Counted from the first letter of the stretch, positions 23,474-35,902 are shown. The stretch is 64,000 bases of DNA from Lama glama (GCA_028534125.1 CM052824.1:59830001-59894000); one strand, 5' to 3'. Notes: generated by a model from the letters alone, not told the origin. Numbers and translations are program-made.

Positions 23474-24644
23474 CAGGAAAGGCCGTTGCCAGATGTGTCA
23501 CTGCTGGAGCCCAGGCTGGGCTGTGCACTGGGTGAGCCTCCAGCCCACCAGTCTCTGCGCAGACCCCAGGCCTTGGTGCAGTGGACAGGGTGCAGGGACA
23601 TGCCAGCCGGCAGGGCAGTGTAGCCTGGGGTGCGTGCCTGCCCCCTCCTGGTGTCCACGCCCCCAGGACTGGTGGCTGTGGGAGCTTACTGCCCTGTGTG
23701 GGGCCAGGGGGTGCCACAGGCTCGCGGGGCTGGCTTGGCATTTTCTTGGGTGTTGTGGTTTGAAGGGCAGTCTTGCTGGGCTCACCTGTGGCCTTCCCAG
23801 TCCCCACCCCTCCAATGTCTGCCCTGAAGCAGGGGCCTAGCTGGCTATAGGAAGGTGCCCAGCAGGGCCATCAGTCCCGTGTGTGTGTGTCTTGGGTGGG
23901 TAGGGGCTAATGGCTGACTCCTGTGGGCGGAGTCCTGGGCCCTGCAGCCACCTGGGTGGACAGACGGCTTCCAGGCAGCTCCTGGGAAAGGTGGACACCT
24001 GCTGCCCTCCAGAGGCCATTGTGGGTACTACACCCACAAGGCCCAGACTGCAGGAGGGAGCCGCTGGGGGAGTCCTGGAGGGTCTTGGCCTGTGGGAAGA
24101 CAGAGGCCCCATGGGTTCCCGACGCTGACTCAGTGCTTTCCTATAAAACCTTCTTTAAGAGTGCAGCTTGGTCACTGTAGGGTTGATCCCCATCCACCCC
24201 TCCAGCACGTGGAGTCTGGCTCTGCCACCAAGCTGGGAGGCTTCGGGGACCACCTTCCATCTCCAGCAGCTCAGTGTGTGGCTGGGGGCAAGTGACCCAG
24301 AGCAAGCGGCTTGGCCTGTCTGGGCCTCTGTTGTCTCAGCTAGAAAGCGGAGGTTTGAAGATGACACAAGAAATGACCCGGAGTCGGCGGCTTGAGCCTT
24401 TAAGTGTCCGGCGTGGAGAGGAGGACCCGGGGCTGGCCACATGGGCCTCCTCTCGCTTGCCTGCCAGCAGGGGTGAGCCTGCAGCTCTCACACCCCTGTG
24501 GCTGGGGCCAAGGGCGTGTGGGGCTGGGTCGACACAGAGCAGATGGCCCCTTGGGACAGCACCCAGATGGCCCCTTGGCAAGACGCCCTCCTTCCCCGTC
24601 CCGGGCCTCCAGGCTGGCCGTGCCCCTCCCTGAGAGCCGAATGC

Positions 24645-24918
24645 TGCTGTGATGGACCCTTATCTGCAGATATAATTAAGACGTGATCGTACCAGATGAG
24701 GCCAGGCCCTAAATCGAATGGCAGGTGTCGTCACGAGAAGACAGAGGCCTGGACACACAGACAGAAAGGAGTAAGCCAGGTACTGATGGAGACAGAGGCT
24801 GGAGTGAACCAATCTCTGTCGCAGACCGAGGAGTGCCGAGGGCTGCCGGCAGCCACCAGCAGCCGGAACAGGCAGGAGGGGTCCTGCCCTAGAGCTTTCA
24901 GAGAGAGCAGGGCCCTCC
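24645..24918 (+). mobile_element. MLT1-type MaLR LTR, 5' part (interrupted)
   Basis: ttatctgcagatataattaag...gatggagacagaggctggagtga...gccaccagcagccgga...cctagagctttcagagagagcagggccct resembles MLT1. Confidence 0.7.
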
Positions 24919-25735
24919 TGAGACAAGAGGGAAGGGGACAGAGCACAACCATTGAAAGAATGACACCAAGATGGCAGAAGATTCACCTCGCGGTAGACTT
25001 TGCGGCCAAGATGGTGGAAGGTTTGACTTCCAGTAGACCTGGGGCTTCATCTTACGCTCATTGTAATGGACTGGCCGCTAAGTGGCCCAGCCACAGGCGC
25101 CTTGACTGTTCCCAGGTGGACCACAAAAGGCCAAAACGGGGGTGGTCCCGGTTCCTGGGGCCCCCACCCCTTCCCCAAAGTAGTTGGAATAATCCGCCCG
25201 CTTGGCAGCACAGGAAGTCACCCAGCCTGCAGAGGCTAACAGCCCCGGGCCCCAGGCCTCCGGCTGGGCGCTTGCCTTCTCTGTTTGCTTGTTTGTTTTC
25301 AGCTGAAGCTCGTAGGTTGCAATGGTCAGTTTCTGGTGTGCAGCACCCTGTCCCCGTCATGCACAGACATGCACACATGCGTTTGCGTGCTTTTTCACCA
25401 AAGGTCCTTACACGCCATTGAACCTAGCTCTCTGTGCGATACAGAAGAAATTTGTTTTTTAAATCTATTTTCATATACAGTGGCTAACATTTGCAAATCT
25501 CAAACTTCCAGGTTTATCCCTTCCCACCCCCTTTCTTGCCTTCTGAGATGGCCGCACGCTGTCTACGGATAAATCTACCTGTGTCTCTCTAAAGAAATCC
25601 ATCTTCCCTTTACCTGGGCTCGCTCTTGAGCTGTCCTGTGTGAAGCCAAGGGCCCTCACTTGGCGGGGCGCCTCCTGGGCACCCGCCCGAGGCCTGGGGC
25701 ACGGTCCTGCTCCTGCGCCCCATTTTCCTGAGTTG
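24919..25735 (+). mobile_element. ERV1-class solo LTR inserted in the MLT1 LTR
   Basis: Starts TGAGAC; 4-bp TSD ctcc at 24915-24918 and 25736-25739; 3' end ggctcgctcttgag...gaagccaagggccctcacttggcgg resembles MER41-like ERV1 LTRs. Confidence 0.65.
25281..25534 (-). mobile_element. 5'-truncated L1 3' end inserted in the ERV1 LTR
   Basis: Degenerate poly(A) (T-rich on +) at 25281-25300; L1 3'UTR-like sequence; 10-bp TSD cttgccttct at 25271-25280 and 25535-25544. Confidence 0.8.
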
Positions 25736-25739
25736 CTCC

Positions 25740-25848
25740 GACACCTTGGTCTCGGACGTCTGGCCTCCAGACCTTGGAGGGGATGTGTCTTGGTTGCTTT
25801 CAGCCCCATTTGTGGTCCTTTGTTGCTGCAGCCCAGGAAGACAATGGG
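25740..25848 (+). mobile_element. MLT1-type MaLR LTR, 3' part
   Basis: gacaccttggtctcggacgtctggcctccaga...tttgtggtcctttgttgctgcagccc resembles the MLT1 3' end and continues from 24918. Confidence 0.7.
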
Positions 25849-27049
25849 CTCTCTCTGTCCTGTCTTCCCTCGGGGCTCCTCTGCCTCGGGTGGGCCTCCT
25901 GCTTTGTTCGTTTGTTTTTTGTGTCTCTCTTCCCACTGGAACCCACGCTCCAGGAGAGAGGGGGATGGTCTGCAGACGAGGGGCGGCCAGCATGCCCGCT
26001 CCCGAGCGCCAGGGTTCCTCTGCTCCTGGTCTCGCTGTGCAGCCTCCAGGAGGCTGGGAGGAGGCCAGGGGCACAGCCATGGCTCCACCTGCAAAGTCAG
26101 CCGGAGCCCGTCCCGCACGTCTGGGCCTCCCCACCAGCCTGGGGAGAACTGAAGGGCAGAGGCCTTGCAGGAGTGGCTGCCACGTGGCCCCAGGGTCTTC
26201 TCCCTCCCCCTCCCCCATGAATGCCTTGGAGGTGACACCACTGTCCCATCGTGGGCTTAGGAAGGCCACCTCAGCCCCGAGCGCCAGGGTCCCGGCGAGG
26301 GAGCGTAGCCTGCACCCCGATGTTCATCACTGGAAGGTAAGATGTGGCTGGTTAGCTGCATGCCTGGCCTGCCCTGCACTCATGAAATGAGGGGCCCACC
26401 CCTCTGGGGTCCCCGGCAGGGGGAGGATGTGGACCCCCGACCCCATGGCTACCAGAAGTTCCTACAAGAAATCAAAGCTTGTTTGCGGGTGCCCCTTTCC
26501 TGTGGCTCCAGTGTGTCCTGAGAGCCTGGAGGTCTTGCTCTGAGTCTCCTAAACTTGTGCTCAGCTGCTGGGGCCGCAGCCCTGAGAGGCAGTGTCCTGA
26601 GACCAGCAGCCCCCAGGAGGCCTTTTGGTCTGACCACCCCAGGCTGCCAGGGCCGAGTGGGCAGTGCCCGCTGCCCACCCCAGCCGGCCTCCCTGGGGCC
26701 GCAGGGAATGTGCAGGGTGGAGGGAAGGGGCAGAACAGCTCTCCTTTCTTCTCTGGCCTGGCATCCGGCTGACCTCCCTCTCCCTGCAGGGTCCCACGGG
26801 CACCGGCCCAGCCCGCGGGCAGCTGGGAAAGGTCGCGTTGACCTCGGCTGATGCAGCGGCTGTGAGTGGGCCTGAGGACAGAGGCTCCTCTGTGCTGGAT
26901 GACAGGAGGCCCGGGCCGGGTGGGGTCTGCAGATGGGCGCGGGGGCGGCGTGGGGGCCATGGTACCGAGGGAGCCTGGTCCTCTCGGGCCCACGGAGCAG
27001 GAGGCTCTGTGCAGGGAGCACACACTCACTCCTCCTTGAGCCCCAGAGA

Positions 27050-27255
27050 GCAAATGTTTGTTACTTCCTGTTAAGCGCCTACTGTGTGCTGGGCCCCATG
27101 CATCACCTTGATGAATTCTTACAGAAATCCCTAAGGTGTCAACATCATCACCCCCATTTCATGGAGAGGCAAGGTGTTTGTGCTTTGTCACCTGGCTAGT
27201 AAATGACCCGGCAGAGATGAGAGCTCAGGTCTGTCTGACCCCAAAGCTAAGGCCC
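27050..27255. mobile_element. MIR SINE
   Basis: gcgcctactgtgtgctggg...cccatttcatggagagg...ggtctgtctgaccccaaagc. Confidence 0.7.
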
Positions 27256-27499
27256 CTTCGTAATAAGTAAGGACTACTTCAGTCTTCCCAAATAAGGACT
27301 TTTTCTAAATGCGTGTATTTGCTTCCAACTGAGAATTTAAAATGTTACAGACATTTTGGCCATGACGAAGCAGCTCCCACCATAGTAGCAAACTGGGTAG
27401 AAATGAGGAGAAGCAACTGTTTCAGACATTGGCCAGGCCACAGAGGACACTGGTCCCTGGGAGAAAGGAGCCCATGATGCAAGCCCCAAGCCTGCTGAC

Positions 27500-29465
27500 T
27501 TTCCTCCGAGAGGCAGAACCAGGCAGAGCATGGTGGCCTCACTGAGCAGAGGGAACAGAGATGGAGTTCAGGGAGGCCACGGAGACTGGGACTTCTGGGC
27601 GGAGGCCTGGAGGGGAGGCAGTGATACAGAGAAAGAGCTCTGGAAACCCTCCTGGGCCAGCCTGAGTGTGGCCCCTGCTGTGCTGTGCATGTGCAGAGCA
27701 AGAGCCCAGGAAGCCAGAAGAAGAGCAGCTCCCAGTGTCCACACCGGCTGGGGCTCACTGGAAGCCACCCACCAGGGGGAAGAGGCCGGGGGGACCCCAG
27801 GGTGACCCCAGGCTATTGGGTGGAGACCAAAGAAGGCCGTGTCTTAAGTTAACCCCAGAGTGAAGGCTGTTCTACACCTGATCTGATGGAGCTTTGAAAC
27901 AAGCCTTGCAAAGACCAGGCTGACCTCCAAGTCAGTTAACTGCCTGTCGGTATGAAACTCAACATTCTTAAAAGAAGGCCAACACAATCTAGGGTCTAGA
28001 CAATTTAGCATTTACAGCCTCCAGCTCCCAGTGAACTGTTAGTAGACATGTGGGGAAGCAGGAACCTGTGACCTATGAACAGGAGAAAAAGCAGCCAATA
28101 GAAAGAGACCCAGAAATGACGTAGGTGACAAACCAGCAGGTAAAGCAATTAAAACAGTTATTACAACTATTCCAAGGATCTGAAAGAAGCCATGGACATA
28201 ATCAAAAGAGAAAGTATAGAGTGTGATGAATACAAAAGAGAAAGCAGAACACCGAATCAGATAAAAATTCTAAAGGCAATAGTATACAAGATACGAAATT
28301 TGAAGAGTGTATTGGATGGAGTTAACCGCAGATTAGACAAGACAGAAGAAACGCTCAGTGAACTCAAAGACGGGGCAACCCCAGTTCTCCAAACTGAAGC
28401 ACAAAGGGAAAAAGCCAGTAAAAAAACAAGCAGAGCCTTGCTGACCTGTGAGATGATATCAGCAAGTGTGACCAGAGGCCCAAAGAGCGAAGGGGGAATG
28501 TTTGTTTAAAAAAATAATGGCCGAAAGTTTTCCTAATGAGATTAAAACCTCAAGCCCACAGATCCAAGAGCCTTAATGAACTCAAAGCTCACAAACACAA
28601 GGACAACCACACCAGGACACATGCCAGTCAAACGGCTGGAAACCAGTGACGGAGAGAAAAATCTCGAGAACTGCTGACCCACCATCAGAAACGCTGCACG
28701 CTAAGAGTGCTGGAGCAGCATCCTTAAAGTGAGGAGAGAAAACAAACCAGCCACATGCCCACGGCTAGCACAGACGCCTTCCAGGGGTGAAAGTGAAATC
28801 AAGAAATTTTAAGGCAAAAGCTGAGAGAGTCCGTCGCCAGCAGACCTGCACCACCAGGGGCTGAAGGAAAATGCTGAGAGATACAAGTCTAGGTTTGCAC
28901 AAGGTGCAGAAGCCCTTTGGGAACTGTAAATACGTGGATAAATGTGACAGGCCTTTTTTTTTTGTATGTGTGTTAAACAGATAATTTAAAAGATAGTAGA
29001 TTATTTAGAGCAAAAATAATAACAGCGCATTATGGAGTTTTTAACATACGGAGAAGTAGAACATAATAAAAGCAAAAAAAAAATCAGGAGGAAAGCATAG
29101 AGATACACTGTTGCAAACTTCACGTATTTTATGTGAGGTGACACAATGTCACTTAAGGGTAGATCCTAATAGACTGAAGAGAAGGCACTTGACCCAGTCT
29201 CGCACTTAATGATAAAAATTTCGGCAATACAGGAATAGAAGGAACTTGCTCATCCCAATGGTGGAAACCTGAGACTCTCTCCTTGCGCTCTGGCCCCAGG
29301 TAAAGCTGCGCGCTTTCACCGCTTCTGTTCAGTGTTGCTCCTGGCCGGGGCAATAAGGCAAGAAAAAGCGGTAGAAGGTCTACATTTCGGAAAGGAAGAA
29401 GTGTAGCTCTCTCTCTCTCTGACCTGAATGTGCATGGAAATGATCCTAAAGAATCTGTACGTCAT
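27500..29465 (+). mobile_element. Old L1 (L1M-type) remnant: 5' region, ORF1 and an ORF2 RT fragment
   Basis: A-rich + strand; ORF 28192-28509 (LDGVNRRLDKTEETLSELKD...QTEAQREK) resembles the ORF1p coiled coil; 29230-29420 matches the RT-region DNA for PLSPLLFNI...AIRQEK...GKEEV; not intact. Confidence 0.8.
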
Positions 29466-30249
29466 TGTGGATAAGCCCCTCCCCCAGGCTCTCCCCATAC
29501 AACCTTTGCCTCCCTTGATTGCCAGAGGAAACCACTGCTTTGAATTTGGTGTTTATCCACCTTAGGCATGTTTCTGCTCTTTCCAACACACATACGTGGC
29601 CATAAACAGTGTCCAGTGTTGCTCATAAACTCTGTGAATGGTATCGAGCAGAAGGCCTCTGGTCTCAGACTCCATGCTGGATGGGTGCTGGCAGGGCTCG
29701 GGCAGCTGAAGGTTGGAGGCTGAGCCCACCCCAAGTGCCTGCAGTGAGGCAGAGCTGGGAGCCCGTGAGCTGGCCCCGGCCAAGACATGGGCCCCTCTGC
29801 TCCTGCCCGGCTACCTCTTCCATCCTGGATGGCCTAAGGGGGCAGGCACGGTGGGGGTGGGGACCCGCCTTGCCAGCCTGGGCTGGAAGTGCCTTACGGT
29901 GGTCCAGGGCCTCCAAGACTTTGAGCAAAGGGAGGGTGGGCAGGACAAACATTTTGAAAAATCAGGTGAGTCGAGATATGAGGTGTGTGTAATGAGCCTG
30001 CCTCTAGTTAGTTTTTAACAACTGAGTAGTTGTGTAAGAGCGGTGAGGATAGGGGACACTTCGTCTCCCCAGGCAGCGTCCTCAGGCCCTCTGCAGTCAT
30101 CCCGCTCCCCCTGCTCCCAGCCCCGGACACCCCTGGGGCTGCCCCCAGCCCTGCGCTCGGGCATCACTCCGCCCGCAGCCTCCTCCCCGCGTGCTGGTGG
30201 GCGCTCTGGCTGCATATAAGCCATTGCTCCTTTACTGAGGAGGGGTCTT

Positions 30250-30731
30250 CCTTCCGTGGACCTCCCCTGAAGATTGTCTTCAGAGACCGAATACACAGAC
30301 AACGGCCAGCCAGGTGTAAAGCAGAACTCAGACCCCCGACCCACGATGGATGGGAACCAGCTCAGGCAACCAGACCAGAAACCCTGAATCGGTCGGCCCG
30401 GAACGGCCAGGCTTCATCAGTTTGGCAGACTCCCTAAGTTTTGTCCCTGCGCCCAACTCAGGACCAGACAGAGAAACCCCACTGTGCCCCCAGTCAGCCC
30501 CATGGGGGACCCCAGTTCTCATCGGTGCCTCCAGCTCCCCCAGGCCCACAGCCCCCATCAGGGCACAACCAGAACCTCCCCTTTTCCACCACGAAGCCCC
30601 CCAACTCCTCTGCCTGTTTTGGGGTCTCGCCAAATGCAGTGATGGTGGCCGACACCCTTGCCGCGTTGAGCTCTGAGTTAATGGCCTTTGCCTGCTCTCG
30701 TGTGCACGTGTGTGTGTCCTTTAGTTCCACA
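30250..30731 (+). mobile_element. ERV-type solo LTR (MER77/MER21-like)
   Basis: caactcaggaccagacagagaaa...gccaaatgcagtgatggtggccgac...gagctctgagttaatggcctttgcctgctctc...ttccaca; family assignment from memory. Confidence 0.5.
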
Positions 30732-32309
30732 GTTCACACACTTGCTCACCGGTGAGTAACATCTGTGTTCTGTCCGGCTCAACTACGATGAACAAAACCA
30801 CTGAGAACATGGGGCGCAGATCTTCGCGGTGCTGCTGTCTTCTGCTCCCTGCATTTGCCAGGCTGGTGCCTGCTTTGAACTGGCTCTAAGGCTGGGTGGG
30901 CTCTGGGGTCCTGGGGGCCACAGCCGGGTCCTCAAAGAGACGAACCAACTCCCTCCCCTGGGGTTTTGGGCTGGCCCCAGCCCCCTGGGGGGCCCCCCGC
31001 TGATGCTCAGCTTCCCCATCTTGTGACCGTGGACCTCCTCGCTCTCCGTCCTGGAGCTCTGGAGCAGACTCCCTTTCCTGAGCGGGGTGCAAGTCTGGGG
31101 AGGACTTTGCCGGGCGGTGCTGAGCACGGCGCCTTTTTGGGAACCGCGGTCCCGGCTGTGGCTGGCAGCCCCTCCCACCCCAGGACCCCCTTCTGAGCAT
31201 CTTGTTCTCCTGGGCACCACTCTCTGTCCCTCTGTCCCCACGAAAGCCAGCCTGCGCCTGGCCATTCTGCCCCAAATTAGGACACTTACTGATTTTTGGA
31301 GGACTTAATGCTGCCCTGAGAAGTAAAGTTAATGATTTTCAAAATAGCTTCCCTGCCAATAACCTACAGGCTCCCTTGGCCCAAGATGAATGTGAAGAGG
31401 AATTCAAAAGCATCTCTTTTCCCAGGAGACAGATTCCTCATTGACACATTTTTCTCCTCTTGAATTTCTCCCCCTGTTTCCGAAATGGAGCCTTCTCCTC
31501 GTCCTCTGTGCACAGAGCTGGGCTCCGGAGAGACAGAGTCTGCTTGTCGGCCTGTCCTTGTGTCTCTGTTCTCGTTTCCTTGGGTCCCCCAGACAATAGG
31601 GCTCTTATCCGATGGGCTCTTGCCGGAGGCTGCTCCTCTCCCCTCGGGGCGAACACAGAGAAAGGCTGCCGCGCTGAATGAAGCTGGGAGGGCCGGCCCC
31701 CCACCGCACCCGCGACGGGAGGACGGGGTGGGCCGTGCTGGAGGCGGCCTTCCGTCTCTGCGCATGACTTTTGGAGGTGCGGCCATTCACTAGTTCTGTG
31801 ATTTGCATCAACCTGCGTCTTCCGTCCCAGAGAACAAGAGTCTGTTTCCCAGAGGGAAGCCTTCCCAGTGTCTCTGTGCCCTGCGCTCCCGGCAAAGCCC
31901 ACGTCGGATGAGGGGCGTCAGGTCTCACGGACATTGTCACACCAGCAAGGAAATCACCTTGAACGCTCAGCAGCTGCCCCCAGCCACCCTGGCTCTGGGA
32001 CACACATGCCACTTGCTGCTGTGAAGAAAGCAGAACGACTCGGAGCCCCAGGTTTGGGGCTGGGGGTCCTGTTCCAAGATCAGTGGTAGTTTCTTTTCTC
32101 TGGTGGCTACTGGGCACTTCTGTTTAGGGGACCCCAGGCTCACTCCATTTCGATTATTTCCTTCAGAGCCTGTTTAGACCCTTCAGAGGCACTGGGGGTC
32201 CCGGAATCCTTATAGGTTGCGTGAGGGCCCTTATAGCAGACCCTTCGTCTATTCACCACCACATCCATCCATCCCTCCCTCCCTCCCTCCCTCCGTTCAT
32301 CTGTCTGTC

Positions 32310-32585
32310 NNNNNNNNNNNNNNNNNNNNNNNNNNNNNNNNNNNNNNNNNNNNNNNNNNNNNNNNNNNNNNNNNNNNNNNNNNNNNNNNNNNNNNNNNNN
32401 NNNNNNNNNNNNNNNNNNNNNNNNNNNNNNNNNNNNNNNNNNNNNNNNNNNNNNNNNNNNNNNNNNNNNNNNNNNNNNNNNNNNNNNNNNNNNNNNNNNN
32501 NNNNNNNNNNNNNNNNNNNNNNNNNNNNNNNNNNNNNNNNNNNNNNNNNNNNNNNNNNNNNNNNNNNNNNNNNNNNNNNNNNNNN
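32310..32585. other. Assembly gap (276 N)
   Basis: N run next to a TCCA/CCCT/CTGT simple repeat. Confidence 0.99.
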
Positions 32586-33100
32586 CAACCTGCCTTCTAC
32601 TGAGTGTGTTTCAAGCCAGTCTTTGGGGACAGAGAGATAAATCAGGGCACTTTCCACCTTCGCAGCCCAAGTCCAGTGCACGTGATAGTCTCTGATTTAC
32701 ACATGCAGGAGCCCCTGCGTCTCTTGGGGGCTGAGACGTGGTCTGTGGTGGGATCTCTAAAGCTTTGGGGAGAAGGGGGTTGCCGCCCAATTTCTGACAC
32801 ATAAGCTTATTTTCTTTTTGCCTCGTGCACCTCAGGGAGGGCCATGCTCCACTGGGGCGTGGGTGGGTTTTGTCAGAGAGGCACCTTGTCCGACCACTTT
32901 GGGAGTGGCCGCTGGGAGGATCAGCCGCTGGCGGGGGTGTCCTGGGAACTGGGGAGCTCTCTCCTGTGGCTTGAGTGGGTGAGGGTAGCGTGGAAAGGGG
33001 GCGGCACAGGGAGCTTCAGGGATGGAGAGGAGGCTGGGGCCGTGGGCCAGGTGAGAAGTTACCTGTGGGGCTGGTCAGGTGAGTCAGCTGTGGTGGTCTT
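32586..33100 (-). mobile_element. L2 LINE 3' remnant (approximate)
   Basis: tactgagtgtg...tggggacagagagataaatcagg... following a TCCA/CCCT simple repeat, as expected for an L2 tail. Confidence 0.4.
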
Positions 33101-34320
33101 GGTAGTGAGCAGGTGTTAGGCAACAGAAACGTCACTAAATGCTGGGCTTTCCGAAGGAAGACCCACTTGGAGCAGCTGGACATCCAGCCTCCCATGTTGA
33201 CTCGACTGGGAAGCTGCTGTTGTGGGGAGGACCCTCCATCACCCCGAAACCCCCAGCTCAGGGTTTTTCAGACACGCCACCTCCACCTGGCACCCCCCAT
33301 GTGTGTCTACCTCCAGGCAGGACGTGCCCTGAACATGCCTGTGCGTGAGGAGCTGGGGGTCTGCCAGCACGTGTGGCGGGGAGGATCCCGGGAGAAGCTC
33401 AGGGACCCGGGGCAGAGGAGGACCACTTGCATGTGGCAGGTGAGGCTGGCCCAGGGGCTGCAGGCCTAGGGGACGCCTGAGTGACACTAGTTACCCTCTA
33501 GCAGAAAGTGGGTTTGGGGAGCTCCCCATGGGCGGTCCCCTGATTTGGGACGTGCCGTTTGCCTTTTGACGTTTAACCATCATTCAAGACCTCTTGGTTA
33601 GAGCAGAATCAGGTTGGGGTGGGGGCAGGCCCCCTGTGAAGGCAGGTGGGCTTCAAGAAGGAATGCCTGGGTGCTCAAAAGTAGGGGCGCCCTGCGGGGG
33701 CTGGGTCTGCCTCCCCTTAGACCCAGGCATGTGCTCAGCCCCTGTCCACCTGGCCGGCGCCCAGGGGCAGGCTCAGGCCCTGGCTGGGGGTGGTGTGAGG
33801 AAGGCGGGGACTGCTGCTGTGGACAGCGGGCTGATGGGCAGGTCCACCCCGAGGAAGGGGCAGCCTGGGACTGGCCGAATGAGATGGGCTCCTCCACCCC
33901 CGGAACGCCATGGACGAGAGCTCATGGGGGCAGGCTCTGGGGGTAGGTACACTTGCGGGTAAGCACACCTTGGGGCAGGCACACTTGGAGGTGGGCACAG
34001 CTGGAGGGCGCCATGCCTGGAGATGGGCACACCTGGAGACCCCCACCCCCACTGCCAGGCCATCCAGGGCAGGGGGTGCCTTCTCGGAACTTGTTCTTTT
34101 CCGGAAAACGGGAGAAGTTAGGGCGCCCGTCCCGGCGGTGGTGCTGGGGGGTGGCTTCGTGTGCACTGGAGCTGCAGCCTGTCACACGGGGCTCTCGATC
34201 GACGCCGGGGAGCCTCACCACCAGCCACGCCCCAAGCCTGGAGCCCGGTCTCCCACCCCAGGGGCCCGTGTTCTCTGTCGGCAGAGCTCACAGGCACGGA
34301 GGCTTAGAAAAGCACACAGA

Positions 34321-34326
34321 TTTATT
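34321..34326 (-). terminator. Polyadenylation signal AATAAA for PRDM16
   Basis: tttatt on the + strand; several UGUA motifs just upstream in the mRNA (taca on + between 34370 and 34465); U/GU-rich sequence follows. Confidence 0.75.
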
Positions 34327-35902
34327 GCATATCAATCTCATGTATAAATTCATTGTAGCATCGGAAAGATTACATTTGGTGTACAGTCCTAGTCTACAGC
34401 ATGAACCTCAAAAATCAGCTTCTCCTAGGCTTCATCTTAAAGGGATTCCTCTACACAAGTACATTTGTCTTCCTCACAAGCATCGAAGTGAAACCAGCAG
34501 AATCCCTCTCGGATGACCCCCACGCCGCGTGTCTGTGTTCCGTTCTCCTCCCACTGCGGTCCCTGCGCCGGTTAAGCGGCGCGTCTTTGCCTCGGCAGTC
34601 CGCACGCCTGGCCTCAAGGACGCAGACCCTAATCACGTCTTCAGTAAGTGCATCTACGGGGTTCTCCTCTTCATCAAAGTTCCACAGACAGACACGATAA
34701 TGACCGCTAAACACACGTCATGCACAGTTTACTCGTAACAGGAGCAATTTACAGTCGGGGGACACGGGACACACATCAGCCTCCTTCTCAATGTTTTTGT
34801 TTCTGTTTTTGAAAAACGTTATATGAAAACCAGACATTTACATTTGATTTCTTTTTCAGCGCTATACAGTTCTAAAAGAAAAAAACCAAAAACGAAACCA
34901 AATCTGCAATGGCGAAGGACGCCGCGGACGCTTGGGTTCGGAGTCTTACCAGCGTGTGTCGCCTGCGCTTTCAGTGACATATTGTGACACGGGGCTCAGG
35001 GTCCCTGGTCTGGAAGAGACAGCGAGAACGCAGAATACACGGAAAGGACCTTTCGCGTTGCTTTGTTCACAAGTGAATTGCACATTTGGAAACTCAAGCT
35101 GCCTTTTCATTTTCATTTCTTTTCTTTTTTTTTCCCAAAAGTGGTAATATGCATCAGTGACAGAAAAGAACAAAACAAAAGACACTGGAATGGCAGGAGG
35201 AAAGGAGCGCTCCTTGGAATAACGCGAGGACGCCTTAGTCACAGTATCGCTCGTCGCTACAGACAGTTTCATGGCTTTGAGACCCGGCTGACCTCCACCG
35301 ACCAGGAGCAGCTGTGTCCTCGCGTCCCCAGCCGGGAGGGGAGCGAGGGGCCCGGCTCCCTGTCCATCCCCCCGGGGAAGCAGCACAGGGTGCTCTGCCC
35401 GGGGGCTCTGCCCCCTCGCCACCCCCCACCCCCCCAAGACAGCACAGTGAATACAGCTCAGTAGGTTTCAGTCACTTGGGCAGGGGGATGGGGGCAGGGG
35501 GACAAGGGCAGGGGCGAGGGGCACCACAATCCAGTGCTTTGAGGCTTCGAGGCTGACACGAGTGATAAGTACTCAGGTAGGAGCTTTGCGGACGCTCACT
35601 GAGGAAGCAGCGGGGACAGAGGAGGCCACAGTCCCTCCGGTTCCCAGGCCAGGCTCTGGGGCCACAGAGCAGCTGGGCTGATCCGGGTCTGGACGGACTG
35701 GCTGCGTTCTTGGCCTTGTGCAGGAACGCCACGCGGGCTGGGCAGTCTCTTAGGGTCACCCCATCCACTGATCCACAACCCAGGGTCCCAGGTGGGATGT
35801 GGGACCGCACGCAGGAATCAGGGGCTCCTGGGTCCTAGTCGTGAAGGGCTGGCTGGCCCCGGGCCCTACTTGATTGTTCCTGTTCCGGGCATGAAAGCAG
35901 CA

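Noticed and set aside
32217-32681. ORFs spanning the 276-N gap
   Set aside because: Artefacts of translating N
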